A DNA stretch of 27,960 nt, from the NCBI GenBank assembly GCA_021813875.1, contig JAKAJF010000001.1:1-27960 (forward strand), in the 5' to 3' direction. The position numbers were made by a program, and so were the translations under genes. Position 1 is the first letter of the stretch. The number at the start of each line of letters is the position of its first letter. Source of the stretch: a bacterium (GTDB taxonomy: Bacteria > Patescibacteriota > Patescibacteriia > Patescibacteriales > JAKAJF01). Below the pieces are notes generated by a model, which was not told where the DNA came from, ran no database searches, and was given only the letters and a program-made list of their open reading frames with translations. Below, one piece after another: positions 1-10,958 of the stretch.

Positions 1-1
1 C

Positions 2-1507
<1,506 letters not shown>

Positions 1508-1537
1508 ATAATCCTTATCGGAAACATTTTTAAATTT

Positions 1538-2110
1538 ATGATCAACAAAAAATTCATCGTTGAATTGAAGAAGAATTATCAGAAGCACGAAGGCGAACGC
1601 CGCCAGATCATCAGCCTGGCCAACGTCGTCCTTCATGATTCGAAACGGGTCATCTTTTCCTTGCACCGGGATGATTTCAAAAAGGCGGAAGAGTCCTTGA
1701 AGGACATCGAGAAGATCTTGATCGGCCTGGAAAAGAAATTCGGGAGCGCGCGGCTGGCCGAGGAAGGGGCCTATAAGGCCGGAATCGAAGAGTACATCGA
1801 GGCCAAGATGTTCTATCAAGTCATGAGCGGCGGCAAGATCGACAAGATCAGGATCCTCAAGCTCGAAACCGACAGTTATCTCGGAGGTTTGAGCGACCTG
1901 GCCGGAGAAATGGTCCGCCGGGCCATCAATCAGGCGGCCGCCGGCGATTTCTCCGAAGTGGAAAAGGCCAAGAAAATCGTCAACGAAGTGATGGCTGAAC
2001 TGGTGGAGTTCGACATGACCGGCTATTTACGGACCAAATACGACCAGGCCAAGAACCATTTGCGGAAGATGGAGCAAGTAGCTTATGAAGTTAAGCTCAG
2101 AGGTAAATAA
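1538..2110 (+). CDS. Translin/TRAX (C3PO)-family protein
   Basis: All-helical 190 aa protein with EEYIEA and YLGGLSDLAGEMVRRAIN, matching the translin/TRAX signatures. Confidence 0.85.
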   Translation: MINKKFIVELKKNYQKHEGERRQIISLANVVLHDSKRVIFSLHRDDFKKAEESLKDIEKILIGLEKKFGSARLAEEGAYKAGIEEYIEAKMFYQVMSGGKIDKIRILKLETDSYLGGLSDLAGEMVRRAINQAAAGDFSEVEKAKKIVNEVMAELVEFDMTGYLRTKYDQAKNHLRKMEQVAYEVKLRGK

Positions 2111-3184
2111 ATGTTTTCGGGCAAGATCAGACTATTTATCAGTTTCCTTTTAATCCTGCTTTTAATATCGGCAGGATTTTTTTTCGCCGGGAGATTCAAA
2201 ATTAAGACTCCGGTCGGAAAGGGAGGGGCGGCGCCTCAAATTGAAATTAAAAGCGTCGGAGAAGCGAAGTCAAAAATTTTTAAAGCTCTATTTTTAGGAG
2301 ATTTGATGTTGGATCGGCATGTAGGAGAGAAAATCAAAAAATATGGATCAGATTATTCTTTTAAAAAATTGGATATAAATTTTTTAAAGAATTTTGAACT
2401 GGTAAGCTCCAACTTGGAAGGAGCCGTCACCGACGACGGCGCGCATTACAGCCCTGTCTATACTTATGACTTCGCCTTTTCCCCGGAAAAGATGGATAAT
2501 TTGAAAAAATACGGGTTCTCTTTTTTTAATCTGGCCAACAATCATATTTCCGATCAAGGAGAAAGGGGAGTAGAAGAGACTAGGAAAAATTTGGACCATC
2601 TTGATTTTTCCTTCTCCGGCTGCCCCGACGGCCAGGTCGGCGGTTGTTCGGGAACGGTCGTCCGGGCCGGCGATTATAAAGTCGGCATGATCGGCTTAAG
2701 CATGGTCTATAAGGATTTTTCTTTAAAAAAAGCGATTAAAGAAATTAAAAAATTCAAGGATTCAACCGATCTGGTCATCGTCAACATCCATTGGGGCACG
2801 GAGTATCGGCATCAATTTTCTAAGCATCAGCAGGAAGTCGCCCATCAGTTGGTCGAAGCCGGCGCCGACGCCATCATCGGCCATCACCCGCACGTGGTCG
2901 AGGGCATGGAGATCTATCAAGGCAAACCGATCTTTTATTCGTTGGGAAATTTCATCTTTGACCAATATTTTTCGGAAGATACCCAGGAAGGCTTGGCCAT
3001 AGGAATCGTTTTTCAAGACAAGAAGCCGGAAATTTATTTTTATCCTCTTAAATCTAAAAACAGCCAACCAGAGTTGATGGCTGGATCTAATAAAATAAAT
3101 TTTTTAAAAAAATTTTTAAGCTGGTCTGAGGTTGATGATTATGGAAAGCAGATTTTGGCGGGAGAAATGATTATGGAAAAATAA
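2111..3184 (+). CDS. capA: CapA-family metallophosphatase-like protein with N-terminal membrane anchor
   Basis: GDLML, NLEG, LANNHISD, IHWGTEY, GHHPHV and YSLGNFIFDQ motifs; hydrophobic N-terminus. Confidence 0.87.
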   Translation: MFSGKIRLFISFLLILLLISAGFFFAGRFKIKTPVGKGGAAPQIEIKSVGEAKSKIFKALFLGDLMLDRHVGEKIKKYGSDYSFKKLDINFLKNFELVSSNLEGAVTDDGAHYSPVYTYDFAFSPEKMDNLKKYGFSFFNLANNHISDQGERGVEETRKNLDHLDFSFSGCPDGQVGGCSGTVVRAGDYKVGMIGLSMVYKDFSLKKAIKEIKKFKDSTDLVIVNIHWGTEYRHQFSKHQQEVAHQLVEAGADAIIGHHPHVVEGMEIYQGKPIFYSLGNFIFDQYFSEDTQEGLAIGIVFQDKKPEIYFYPLKSKNSQPELMAGSNKINFLKKFLSWSEVDDYGKQILAGEMIMEK

Positions 3185-3186
3185 AA

Positions 3187-3214
3187 AAAGCGCCATTATT
3201 TTACACGGCGCTTT
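3187..3214. terminator. Probable bidirectional intrinsic terminator
   Basis: aaagcgcc-N12-ggcgcttt inverted repeat between capA and a convergent small ORF. Confidence 0.6.
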
Positions 3215-3247
3215 ATGATTTTGAAAGAACGGGCAGAGTTCGCCGGT

Positions 3248-3376
3248 TTAGTAAAACCAGGCGGAGAGGAAAAGGTAAAAAAATAGAGGGAATAATATGA
3301 TAGTCGCCACCTGTTTTCCTGTCCAGTCGTTCTCGCCTTTTGACTCCACTTTTCGGCCATACCAATAGGATGTCAT
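3248..3376 (-). CDS. 42-aa small membrane protein (not in the ORF track)
   Basis: Manual translation: MTSYWYGRKVESKGENDWTGKQVATIILFPLFFYLFLSAWFY*. SD-like CAGGAAGGTG lies 4 nt before the ATG. It has a C-terminal hydrophobic helix, fills an otherwise empty gap and ends before the shared terminator. Confidence 0.6.
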   Translation of the reverse strand: MTSYWYGRKVESKGENDWTGKQVATIILFPLFFYLFLSAWFY

Positions 3377-3439
3377 TATTCACCTTCCTGTTTTCAGTTT
3401 ATTAAAGAGAGAGATATTATTATAATTATATAATTAATT

Positions 3440-3928
3440 ATGAAAATTGCAATTATTTCCGACATTCATGATAATTTGGCCAATCTTAAAAAGGCCCTGG
3501 ATTGGTGCCGAGGAAGCAGCATCAGCCGCTTGATCTGCTGCGGCGATCTGACCAATAGCGACAGCCTCGCCTTTCTCGCGGGCAATTTCCCGGGTCAGAT
3601 CTATCTGGTCGAAGGCAACGTCGAGCTTTATGAAGAGAAAGAAATTCCCTCCTATAAAAATATAATTTTCTTAGGCAAGAGCGGCATCATCAATCTCGAC
3701 AAAAAAGTCATCGGCGTCTGTCATGAACCCCGGATGGTCGAAGAATTGAAGAAGAAGAGCCAGTATGATATCATTTTCTTCGGGCATACCCACAAGCCTT
3801 GGATCGACCAGAAAGGCGTCAGGACGGTCAACCCGGGAACTCTGGGCGGGGTCTTCCAGAAAGCTACCTTCGCCGTCTGGGACAGTCAGAGCGATGAATT
3901 GGAATTAAAAATTTTAGAGATACTTTGA
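3440..3928 (+). CDS. YfcE/MJ0936-family metallophosphoesterase
   Basis: SDIHDN, CGDL, GNVE, CHEP, FGHTH and NPG calcineurin-like motifs. Confidence 0.9.
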   Translation: MKIAIISDIHDNLANLKKALDWCRGSSISRLICCGDLTNSDSLAFLAGNFPGQIYLVEGNVELYEEKEIPSYKNIIFLGKSGIINLDKKVIGVCHEPRMVEELKKKSQYDIIFFGHTHKPWIDQKGVRTVNPGTLGGVFQKATFAVWDSQSDELELKILEIL

Positions 3929-3930
3929 TT

Positions 3931-4707
3931 ATGAAGAAAATAAAGACCGTGGCCGTCGAAGCGGCCAGGAAAGCGGGCAAAGTTTTATTGAAAGAGTTTA
4001 AAAATTTTGATCGGGACAAGGTCAAGTTCAAGCATAAGCATGAGATCGTCACCCGGGCGGATCTGAAAGCGGAGAAGATCCTCCTTCGAGAGGTCCGCCT
4101 GAATTTCCCCGACCACAGGATCATTTCCGAAGAAAAGGGAGAGATCGCTAACTCTTCCGATTATTTATGGGTGATCGATCCGCTCGACGGAACGACCAAT
4201 TTCTCCATGCACAATCCTCTCTGGTCGATCTCTCTGGGGGTAGCCTATAAAGATAAGCTGGTCTTGGGGTTGATCTATATCCCGTACTTGGAGGAGATGT
4301 TTCTGGCCGAGAAGGGCGGCGGCGCTTTCTTGAACGGCAAAAGAATCAAGGTTTCCAAGATCGAGGGCGGCAAGGCCATCAATACTTTCTGCCACGGCCG
4401 CCGGAACGAGCATATCGAGAAAGCACTTTCTTATTATTCCCGGCAGAAGCTCCGGGGCTTCGACTGCCGCCAGTTGGGCAGCGCGGCCGCGGAATTGGCT
4501 TTCGTGGCCTGCGGCCGGACGGAATCGATCACCATCCCCGGCGCCAATCCTTGGGACGTAGCCGCCGGCGCGCTCTTGGTCAGGGAGGCGGCCGGACGGG
4601 TGACGGATTTTTCCGGCAAGCCCTGGGGACTTGGAAGCGACAGCATCTTGGCCAGTAACGGCCGGATCCACGCCGAGCTTCTGAAGGTCATCAAACAGAG
4701 CAGATAA
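3931..4707 (+). CDS. suhB: Inositol monophosphatase family protein
   Basis: VTRAD, SEE, WVIDPLDGTTNF, GSAA and PWDVAAG motifs. The ATG at 3931 is preferred over the TTG at 3925. Confidence 0.92.
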   Translation: MKKIKTVAVEAARKAGKVLLKEFKNFDRDKVKFKHKHEIVTRADLKAEKILLREVRLNFPDHRIISEEKGEIANSSDYLWVIDPLDGTTNFSMHNPLWSISLGVAYKDKLVLGLIYIPYLEEMFLAEKGGGAFLNGKRIKVSKIEGGKAINTFCHGRRNEHIEKALSYYSRQKLRGFDCRQLGSAAAELAFVACGRTESITIPGANPWDVAAGALLVREAAGRVTDFSGKPWGLGSDSILASNGRIHAELLKVIKQSR

Positions 4708-4723
4708 GAAAATTGTCTTAAGA

Positions 4724-4770
4724 CTTCATATGAAAAAGCCGCCCCATTGGGGCGGCTTTTTCATATGAAG
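4724..4770. terminator. Bidirectional intrinsic terminator
   Basis: Perfect 22-bp inverted repeat cttcatatgaaaaagccgcccc-att-ggggcggctttttcatatgaag between convergent suhB and uvrA. Confidence 0.9.
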
Positions 4771-4773
4771 AAA

Positions 4774-7629
4774 TTATTTTATCAATTTGGCGAGGTATTG
4801 GCCGGTATAACTTTTTTTGACCTTGGCCACTTCTCGGGGCGTGCCCTGGGCGATGATCTCTCCGCCCTGGTCGCCGCCCTCGGGTCCGAGGTCGATGATC
4901 CAATCGACGGCTTTGATGACATCCAGGTTATGTTCGATGATCAGGACGGTATTGCCCTTGTCGACCAGCTGGTTCAAGACGCTCAAGAGCCGTTTGATAT
5001 CTTCAAAGTGGAGGCCCGTCGTCGGCTCGTCCAAGATATAGAGGGTCTTGCCGGTCGCCCGCCTCGAGAGTTCGGTAGCCAATTTGATCCTCTGGGCTTC
5101 GCCGCCGGAGAGGGTAGTGGCCGACTGGCCGAGCCTGACGTAGCCCAGGCCGACTTCATGCAAGGTCCGGAGCTTCTGATAGATAGTCGGGATGTTTTTA
5201 AAAAAAGATAAGGCCTCTTCGATGGTCATCTCGAGGACGTCGGAGATAGTTTTGCCCTTATAAAAGATTTCCAAAGCTTCTTTATTGTAGCGCTTGCCAT
5301 GGCAGACATCACATTCGACATAGACGTCCGGCAGGAACTGCATCTCGATCTTGACCATGCCGTCGCCGGCGCAGGCTTCGCAGCGGCCGCCGGGGACGTT
5401 GAAAGAGAAGCGTCCGGCCTTGTAGCCCTTGATCTTGGCTTCCGGCAAAGAGGCGAACAGGTCGCGGATGGGCGTGAAGGCGCCGGTGTAAGTGGCCGGG
5501 TTGGAGCGGGGGGTGCGGCCGATGGGCGACTGGTCGATGTTGATGACTTTGTCGATATGCTCCAAGCCCTCGATCTTTTCGTGTTTGCCCGGAGCCTCCT
5601 TGGCCCGGTAGAACCTTTGGTTCAAAGCCTTGGCCAGGATGTCGGTCATCAAGGTGGATTTGCCGGATCCGGAGACGCCGGTGATGGCGATGAATTTCCC
5701 CAAGGGAAATTCGGCCGTGACATTCTTCAAATTATGTTCGCTCGCGCCCACGACTTTCAATTTTTTGCCGCTGCCGGCCCGGTATTTCATGGGCACGGGG
5801 ATGGTCTTTTTGCCGGAGAGGTACTGGCCGGTCAGGGACTTGAGGTTCTTCTTGACCTGTAGAGGCGTGCCCTCGGCCACGACCTGGCCGCCCTTTTCGC
5901 CGGCGCCGGGACCGATATCGAGGAGCCAGTCGGCCGCCAGCATGGTGGTTTCATCATGTTCGACCACGATGACAGTGTTGCCCAGGTCGCGTAATTTTTT
6001 CAAAGTCTCGATCAATTTATCGTTATCCCGCTGATGGAGACCGATGGAGGGTTCGTCCAAGATATAAAGGACGCCCATCAACGACGAGCCGATCTGGGTG
6101 GCCAGGCGGATCCTCTGGGCTTCGCCGCCGGAAAGGGTGTTGGCGGCCCGGTCCAGAGTCAGATAGTCGAGGCCGACGTTGGAGAGGAAGATAAGGCGGG
6201 TCCGGATCTCTTTCAGGATCTGGGCCGAAATCTTTTTTTCTTTCTGGGTGAGTTCCTTGGAAGCTTCAAGTTCGGCGAAAAATTTTTTCAATTCGCTCAC
6301 CGGCTTGCTGGAGATGTCATAGATGGAAAGCTCGGCGATTTTGACGGCCAGGATCTCCGGCTTGAGCCGTTTGCCGTGGCAGGTCGGGCAGATGAGAACG
6401 CGCATGTAGCCTTCGATCTCTTTGCGGACGTAATCGGATTCGGTCTCCCGGTAGCGCCTTTCCAGGTTGGGGATGACGCCCTCGAATTCGGTCGACAGTT
6501 CGCCGGAGAAGCGTTCGCTTTCGTAATCGACGCTGTAGCTCTTGCCGCCCGAGCCGTAGAGGACGATGTCTAATTGTTTCTTGGTCAAATCCTTCAGGGG
6601 GGTGTTGAGGTCGAAACCGTTGGCGACCGCCACGGTCCCGAGGATCCTCATCAGCCAGGCCTGGCCGGTGCCGCCGGCGTGCGACCAGGGCTTGATGGCT
6701 CCTTGAGCGATGGTCAGGTTGGTATTGAGGATCAGGGCCGGATCAATCTCCAATTTAGTCCCTAATCCCGAACAGTCCGGGCAGGCGCCGTGGGGGGAAT
6801 TGAAGGAAAAATTACGCGGCTCGAGCTCGGGCAGGCTGATGCCGCAGTCCGGGCAGGCGAAGCGCTGGGAGTAGGTGGTCTCTTTATGTTCAGCGGCGCC
6901 GGGGGCGGAGGCGACCATCACCAGGCCGTCGCCCAGGTCCAAGGCCTTTTCGATGGCCTCGGAAAGGCGGGAGAGGTCTTCCTTATCTTTGCTGACCTTC
7001 AAGCGATCGATGACGATCTCGACATTATGCTTCTTCTGCTTGTCGACCCGCATGTCGCGGGCTTCTTCCAGGGAAACGATCGCCCGGTCGAAGCGGATCC
7101 GTCCGAAGCCGGCCTTGGCGATGCCGTCCAGGATGTTCTTGTGTTCGCCCTTCTTATCCTTGACGATCGGCGCCAGGACCATGACGTCCTTATCGAGATA
7201 GCCCCTGAGGATCTGCTCGACGATCTCATCGAGGGAATATTGTTTGATCTTCTTGCCGCATCGCGGGCAATGAGGGACGCCGATCCTCGCGAACAGCAAG
7301 CGGAGATAATCATAGATCTCCGTGACCGTGCCTACGGTCGAACGTGGATTGTGGGAGGCGCTTTTCTGGTCGATGGAGATGGCCGGTGACAAGCCCTCGA
7401 TCAGGTCGACGTCCGGCTTGTCCATGAGGCCGACGAATTGGCGGGCGTAGGCGGACAAGGATTCGACGTAACGCCGCTGGCCTTCCGCATAGATGGTATC
7501 GAAAGCCAGCGAGGATTTGCCGGAGCCGGAAAGTCCGGTCAGGACCACCAGCTTGTCGCGCGGGATCTCGACGTCGATGTTCTTGAGGTTATGGACCCGG
7601 GCTCCCTTTATCTTGATAGAATTATTCAT
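4774..7629 (-). CDS. uvrA: Excinuclease ABC subunit A
   Basis: GARVHNLKN, two Walker A motifs ([18 protein letters not shown]), two LSGGEAQR signatures and Zn-finger Cys pairs. The start is probably MNNSIKIK at 7629. Confidence 0.98.
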   Translation of the reverse strand: MNNSIKIKGARVHNLKNIDVEIPRDKLVVLTGLSGSGKSSLAFDTIYAEGQRRYVESLSAYARQFVGLMDKPDVDLIEGLSPAISIDQKSASHNPRSTVGTVTEIYDYLRLLFARIGVPHCPRCGKKIKQYSLDEIVEQILRGYLDKDVMVLAPIVKDKKGEHKNILDGIAKAGFGRIRFDRAIVSLEEARDMRVDKQKKHNVEIVIDRLKVSKDKEDLSRLSEAIEKALDLGDGLVMVASAPGAAEHKETTYSQRFACPDCGISLPELEPRNFSFNSPHGACPDCSGLGTKLEIDPALILNTNLTIAQGAIKPWSHAGGTGQAWLMRILGTVAVANGFDLNTPLKDLTKKQLDIVLYGSGGKSYSVDYESERFSGELSTEFEGVIPNLERRYRETESDYVRKEIEGYMRVLICPTCHGKRLKPEILAVKIAELSIYDISSKPVSELKKFFAELEASKELTQKEKKISAQILKEIRTRLIFLSNVGLDYLTLDRAANTLSGGEAQRIRLATQIGSSLMGVLYILDEPSIGLHQRDNDKLIETLKKLRDLGNTVIVVEHDETTMLAADWLLDIGPGAGEKGGQVVAEGTPLQVKKNLKSLTGQYLSGKKTIPVPMKYRAGSGKKLKVVGASEHNLKNVTAEFPLGKFIAITGVSGSGKSTLMTDILAKALNQRFYRAKEAPGKHEKIEGLEHIDKVINIDQSPIGRTPRSNPATYTGAFTPIRDLFASLPEAKIKGYKAGRFSFNVPGGRCEACAGDGMVKIEMQFLPDVYVECDVCHGKRYNKEALEIFYKGKTISDVLEMTIEEALSFFKNIPTIYQKLRTLHEVGLGYVRLGQSATTLSGGEAQRIKLATELSRRATGKTLYILDEPTTGLHFEDIKRLLSVLNQLVDKGNTVLIIEHNLDVIKAVDWIIDLGPEGGDQGGEIIAQGTPREVAKVKKSYTGQYLAKLIK

Positions 7630-7685
7630 AATAAAATAATGCCCGCTTGGAATCTTTAAGGGCAAGAGAATTTATAAACTAATTC

Positions 7686-7714
7686 ATTATATAGGAAATC
7701 CTCGCCATTGGCAA
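7686..7714 (-). promoter_or_regulatory. Sigma70-type promoter for uvrA
   Basis: Minus strand TTGCCA-N17-TATAAT. Confidence 0.7.
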
Positions 7715-7733
7715 GCCTGAGCAGCGATAATCC

Positions 7734-7762
7734 TTGAGATTTTTCACGAAAACCTGTATAAT
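7734..7762 (+). promoter_or_regulatory. Sigma70-type promoter for the dedA operon
   Basis: TTGAGA-N17-TATAAT with TG immediately upstream of the -10; divergent from the uvrA promoter. Confidence 0.7.
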
Positions 7763-7785
7763 TATCTTGCTAATCGTTCAAGATT

Positions 7786-8397
7786 ATGGCCATCTTTCCC
7801 AAATGGAACCAGCAAGTTTTCGTCAGTACTTTGGAAATTTACTCCTATTCTGGGATTTTTATCGCTTCCTTGTTCGCGGGTTACCTTCTTCCCTTCCCGG
7901 AGGAGATCCTTCTCGTCTTGATCGGTTATGTCTCCGCCCTCCGTTACGTCCAGGTCCTGGCCGCCTCTTTGGTGGCCCTGGTCGGCATCCTCATCGGCGA
8001 CAACATCCTCTATTGGCTGGGTCTTAAAGGCGCCAAACTGGTGGTCAGATTCGAAAAGCTGATCCGTCCGGAAAAATTGCAGGAATACAAGGATCATCTG
8101 GCCAGGTTTTCCGGCCGGACCATCTTCGCGGCCCGTTTCATCCCCACCGCCCGGGTGCTCGTCCCCCTCTTGGCCGGGACTCTCAGGATCCCTTGGAAGA
8201 GATTCTTCCTTTTTGACTTTTTGGCCGGCCTCATCGGCATCCCTTCCTTCGTGCTTCTCGGCTATCTTTATGAGAATCAGCTGGCGGTCCTGATCTCGAA
8301 AGTGGAAGCGGTCCGCCATACGGTCAGCCTGCTCTTCTTATTGGTTCTGGGATGGGGAATAACTTATTTTATAAGAAAAAATTTTTTACGAAAATGA
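7786..8397 (+). CDS. dedA: DedA/SNARE-associated (VTT domain) membrane protein
   Basis: PFPEEILL, GDNILYWLG and IFAARFIPTAR motifs; multiple TM helices. Confidence 0.9.
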   Translation: MAIFPKWNQQVFVSTLEIYSYSGIFIASLFAGYLLPFPEEILLVLIGYVSALRYVQVLAASLVALVGILIGDNILYWLGLKGAKLVVRFEKLIRPEKLQEYKDHLARFSGRTIFAARFIPTARVLVPLLAGTLRIPWKRFFLFDFLAGLIGIPSFVLLGYLYENQLAVLISKVEAVRHTVSLLFLLVLGWGITYFIRKNFLRK

Positions 8398-8876
8398 CAC
8401 AAGAAGGATATCGGAAAATCTTGCATGAAGCTTTCGACGTCGGGGTCATGCTCAAAGGTCTCGACGGCATCTTGGAAATCATAGGCGGCGTCCTGTTCGC
8501 CTTCGTCAATCCGATGCTCTTCGGCCAAGCGGTAGCCTGGCTGACCGCCCATGAATTGAGCGAGGACCCGCGCGACATCTTTTCCCATTACTTGACGCGG
8601 ATGGCCCATGATTTTTCGGCCTCCTCGCAGGCCTTCGGCTCCCTCTATCTTTTATCGCACGGGGTCATCAAGATCATCCTGGTCTATTCCTTGCTCAAGC
8701 GTCGCCTCTGGGCCTATCCGGCCGCCATCGTCTTCTTCGCCCTCTTCATCGCCTATCAGCTCTATCGCTATACATACAGCCATTCCATCTGGATGATCCT
8801 CCTCTCGATTCTTGATCTGGCCGTCATCGGCCTGACTTGGTGGGAGTATAGGCATCTAAAAAGAGACCCGTTTTGA
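8394..8876 (+). CDS. DUF2127-like membrane protein
   Basis: ATGA overlap with the dedA stop. LKGLDGILE, YLLSHGVIK and WAYP pattern; about 4 TM helices. Confidence 0.72.
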   Translation: MTQEGYRKILHEAFDVGVMLKGLDGILEIIGGVLFAFVNPMLFGQAVAWLTAHELSEDPRDIFSHYLTRMAHDFSASSQAFGSLYLLSHGVIKIILVYSLLKRRLWAYPAAIVFFALFIAYQLYRYTYSHSIWMILLSILDLAVIGLTWWEYRHLKRDPF

Positions 8877-8929
8877 TTGCATTTAATCTTTTTTATTGAT
8901 AAGCTAAGAAGAGAAATAATTAAGAAATA

Positions 8930-10039
8930 ATGGATAATTTAGTCATTTTTTTATTACTTCTGATAATTTTAGGCTTGGCGGCCGTCATCTCTTTGTTGTT
9001 CAAGAAGAAATCCGCCGCCGGCGACGCCGGCTTCCTTTCCGTCAAGGAAGAGCTGGTCAGGCTATCGGAGCAGAACCGCCAGCTCGGAGAGCAGAACCGG
9101 GAGTTGAGGCAAGCGGTCGATAGCAAGCTTTCCGAGACTCATCGCGCCAACCAGGAGCAGTTCCGGGAGACGTCCAAGATCATCCAGGGTATCACCGGCC
9201 AGTCGGCCAAGCTTATTTCCGAAGTTACGGAGAAGCTGACCAAATTAGACGAGACCAATAAACAAGTGGTCAATTTTTCAAGTCAGCTCCAGAATCTCCA
9301 GGATATCCTGAAGAACCCGAAACAGCGGGGCGTCCTGGGCGAATATTTCCTGGAAGAGACCTTGAAGAACGTCCTGCCGCCCAACTCCTACCAGATGCAA
9401 TTCCCCTTCAAGGACGGCTCCATCGTCGACGCGGTCGTCTTCGTCAAGGATAAGATCATCCCGGTCGATTCCAAGTTCAGCCTCGAGAATTACGAGAAGA
9501 TTCTGAATACGAGCGATCCGGACCTGAAAGAAAAATTAGAGAAGCAATTCAAGCAGGATCTGAAGAACCGTATCGACGAGACTTCCAAATACGTCAAGCC
9601 GGCCGAAAGGACCATGGATTTCGCCTTTATGTTCATCCCTTCGGAAGCCATCTATTATGACCTTTTGATCAATAAGGTCGGCGCCGTCCAGGTCAACACC
9701 CGGGACCTGATCGAATACGCCTTCAAGGAGAAGCGGGTCATCATCGTATCGCCGACCTCCTTCCTGGCCTACCTGCAGACGGTCCTCCAGGGCTTGCGGG
9801 CCCTGCAGATCGAGGAGCGCGCCCGGGAGATCATTGTCAATGTCCAGAAACTCAATAAGCATATCTTGAGCTATGACGAGTTCCTGAAGAAGCTGGGGGC
9901 AAGCATGTCCACCACCGTCAACCATTTCAACAACGCCTATAAAGAGTTCAAGAAGATCGACAAGGACGTCGTCAAGATAACAGGCAGCGAATCCAAGATC
10001 GAAGCGGCTATGCTCGATAAGCCGAGGCTCGAAGATTAG
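8930..10039 (+). CDS. rmuC: DNA recombination protein RmuC
   Basis: N-terminal TM helix and coiled coil, then PKQRGVLGE, IPVDSKF, DFAFMFIPSE and VSPTSFLAYL. Confidence 0.92.
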   Translation: MDNLVIFLLLLIILGLAAVISLLFKKKSAAGDAGFLSVKEELVRLSEQNRQLGEQNRELRQAVDSKLSETHRANQEQFRETSKIIQGITGQSAKLISEVTEKLTKLDETNKQVVNFSSQLQNLQDILKNPKQRGVLGEYFLEETLKNVLPPNSYQMQFPFKDGSIVDAVVFVKDKIIPVDSKFSLENYEKILNTSDPDLKEKLEKQFKQDLKNRIDETSKYVKPAERTMDFAFMFIPSEAIYYDLLINKVGAVQVNTRDLIEYAFKEKRVIIVSPTSFLAYLQTVLQGLRALQIEERAREIIVNVQKLNKHILSYDEFLKKLGASMSTTVNHFNNAYKEFKKIDKDVVKITGSESKIEAAMLDKPRLED

Positions 10040-10040
10040 T

Positions 10041-10958
10041 ATGGAAAACAAGGATCAAAACATTTTGGATGGGGCAATCGTTCGTACGGTTGCCTATTTT
10101 GATATCTTCGATTACCCGCTGACCGAAGTCGAGATCTACCGTTTCCTTTTCGGGCATACGGAAGATGGCTGCGCCCGTAAAATAAACCAGAGTCTGGCCA
10201 AGGGGCTGCCGGGGATCGAGGAGAAAAAAGGCTTTTATTTCCTTCCCGGTCGGGCGGAGATCGTCAATACCCGGGAAGAGCGCGCCGGTTGGTCGGAGCG
10301 GAAGTTCGCTCTCGCCCGCCGGGTAGCTTTCCTGTTCCGGCTCATCCCCTGGATAAGATTCGTCGGCGTCGCCAATATCATGGGCCAGAAGAACCTCCGG
10401 GAAGACGGGGATATCGATTTTTTCATCATCACCGAGGCTAAGAAGATCTGGCTGACCCGTTTCTTCGCCAACGTGATTACCCAGCTCCTGGGCCTCAGGC
10501 CCAAGCCCCAAGACGTCCGTGACAAGATCTGCCTGAGCTTCTTCGTGAGCGAAGACGCTCTAAACCTGGAAAAACTGATGCTTCCCGGCGATATCTATTT
10601 CATCTACTGGTTAGTCGGATTAGAACCCGTCTATCAGACCGGCGGGATCTACGGAAGATTGCTGGCCGCGAATCTCTGGATAAAAAAATATCTGCCCAAT
10701 TGGCATCCCCAGCTCCTTCCGGAAGACCAGAAGAAATCGCGGCTTTATCATGGGATCATCGATTTCTTCCTGGGCTCCTCCGAGGCCTTTTTCAAAAAGA
10801 TCCAATTAAGACTGATGCCGGAGGAAATAAGGAGGGAAGCTAATCGGAGTACCAATGTCATCATCAACGATGAAGTCCTCAAATTCCACACCAATGACCG
10901 CCGGCAGCTGTTTAAAGATAGATGGAATAAAAAGATTAAAGATGAAACAGCTCAATAA
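10041..10958 (+). CDS. Conserved hypothetical with a nucleotidyltransferase-like (Pol-beta superfamily) motif
   Basis: G-x-A...DGDIDFFII motif; AYFDIFDYPLT N-terminus; overlaps the next gene. Confidence 0.6.
   Translation: MENKDQNILDGAIVRTVAYFDIFDYPLTEVEIYRFLFGHTEDGCARKINQSLAKGLPGIEEKKGFYFLPGRAEIVNTREERAGWSERKFALARRVAFLFRLIPWIRFVGVANIMGQKNLREDGDIDFFIITEAKKIWLTRFFANVITQLLGLRPKPQDVRDKICLSFFVSEDALNLEKLMLPGDIYFIYWLVGLEPVYQTGGIYGRLLAANLWIKKYLPNWHPQLLPEDQKKSRLYHGIIDFFLGSSEAFFKKIQLRLMPEEIRREANRSTNVIINDEVLKFHTNDRRQLFKDRWNKKIKDETAQ

Noticed and set aside
2111-3184. Patchy GC content in capA as evidence of recombination
   Set aside because: AT-rich patches also occur in other host genes, and the frame and motifs are intact; it cannot be distinguished from local compositional bias by eye.
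3260-3269. ggcggagagg, resembling the tRNA-Ser end core
   Set aside because: A short match inside the small ORF with no hairpin or T-loop context; probably chance.
7630-7785. LexA/SOS box upstream of uvrA
   Set aside because: No CTGT-N8-ACAG or GAAC-N4-GTTC palindrome is recognisable.
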